IMG/VR virus record: IMGVR_UViG_3300018962_000001
Span: 140,686 to 204,685 of that record
Direction: 5' to 3' (one strand)
DNA length: 64,000 nucleotides
Shown piece after piece: positions 63,477 through 64,000 of the stretch. Below the pieces are notes generated by a model. It worked only from the letters and a program-made list of their open reading frames with translations, was not told the DNA's origin and ran no database searches. The translations under genes and the position numbers were made by a program. Within the stretch, counting starts at the first letter, position 1. The number at the start of each line of letters is the position of its first letter.

Positions 63477-64000
63477 GCTGGGCGATCCTCCAGCCGAACG
63501 ACCGATCCGGGTACGATGTCGTTGAAGACTGCGGCCAGCCGACCGGCCACCTCTGCGGGATCTTGCCCGTGGATCACGCCCTGATCAATCAACACCTCCC
63601 AGATCACTTCGGAGTCGCCCAGGCCGAAGTCGATTCGATAGGTCCACATCGGGGGTGCCGCCGCCTGGAGGATCGTCGCTGCCACGGCCCGCGAGTGGAC
63701 GGCAAAGGGTTGAATCTGATAGGTCGCATGGACGGCTTCAAGCGCGGGATTCGGCGGCAGCTCCGGGTTGGGATACCGATCCAGTACCCACGCCCGGCGA
63801 CACAACCGCCGCCGGTGCCAGGCCGCGCGCACCACAGTGCGGGCCTCGACGATCGCCGGTTGTCGATCGGGTGCGTCGCGCAGAAGCCGACCCAGCTCGT
63901 GCTCGGCCTGCGCGACGGCGAGATTGGCTTCCTGCCAGGCGGTTTCGATCGCGTCCGGTTGCGCAGGCCCAATCAGGAGATCCAGGAGCGGCGAAACCGC
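63470..64000 (-). CDS. Partial hypothetical protein entering from the right edge
   Basis: Frame is open from 64000 to the stop at 63470. Confidence 0.65.
   Translation of the reverse strand, partial: AVSPLLDLLIGPAQPDAIETAWQEANLAVAQAEHELGRLLRDAPDRQPAIVEARTVVRAAWHRRRLCRRAWVLDRYPNPELPPNPALEAVHATYQIQPFAVHSRAVAATILQAAAPPMWTYRIDFGLGDSEVIWEVLIDQGVIHGQDPAEVAGRLAAVFNDIVPGSVVRLEDRPAW

Noticed and set aside
1-64000. tRNA, rRNA, integrase/att sites, terminase, endolysin/holin, DNA polymerase, transposase
   Set aside because: No supporting motifs recognised by eye; absence is not proven without HMM and tRNAscan searches.

Overview
A 64 kb GC-rich segment of a long-tailed (siphovirus-like) phage or prophage, most likely of a monoderm host. 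The host guess is inference from the M23 and lytic-transglycosylase domains on the tape measure protein and from sigma70/SigA-type promoters. The minus strand carries, from right to left: many small genes with their own promoters (52-64 kb); a portal and a GT2 glycosyltransferase (49.2-51.8 kb); a fibre-like module (28-35 kb); scaffold, decoration, major capsid, head-tail, tail tube and tail chaperones with a -1 frameshift (20.7-27.7 kb); and a 2547 aa tape measure protein followed by a 2235 aa glycoside-hydrolase-bearing fibre protein (0.5-16.7 kb). A plus-strand block of small accessory genes sits at 35.4-47.7 kb. No terminase, integrase, lysin or DNA polymerase was recognised. The standout is a ~4 kb island between the tail chaperones and the tape measure gene. 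It holds a stand-alone RAMP/Cas7-like gene flanked by about ten non-coding tracts of phased GGY-NN pentamers, several ending in a conserved UG-loop hairpin, plus an HNH gene, a divergent HTH gene and a separate promoter-tract-terminator copy. No cas genes or CRISPR array accompany it. This matches my recollection of the recently reported VIPR-type RNA-guided systems, which I cannot verify here. The second standout is at 57.7-62.3 kb: four promoter-gene-terminator cassettes whose DNA is almost free of CA/TG dinucleotides and S-W-S trinucleotides, lying next to a motif repeated with exact 56 bp spacing.
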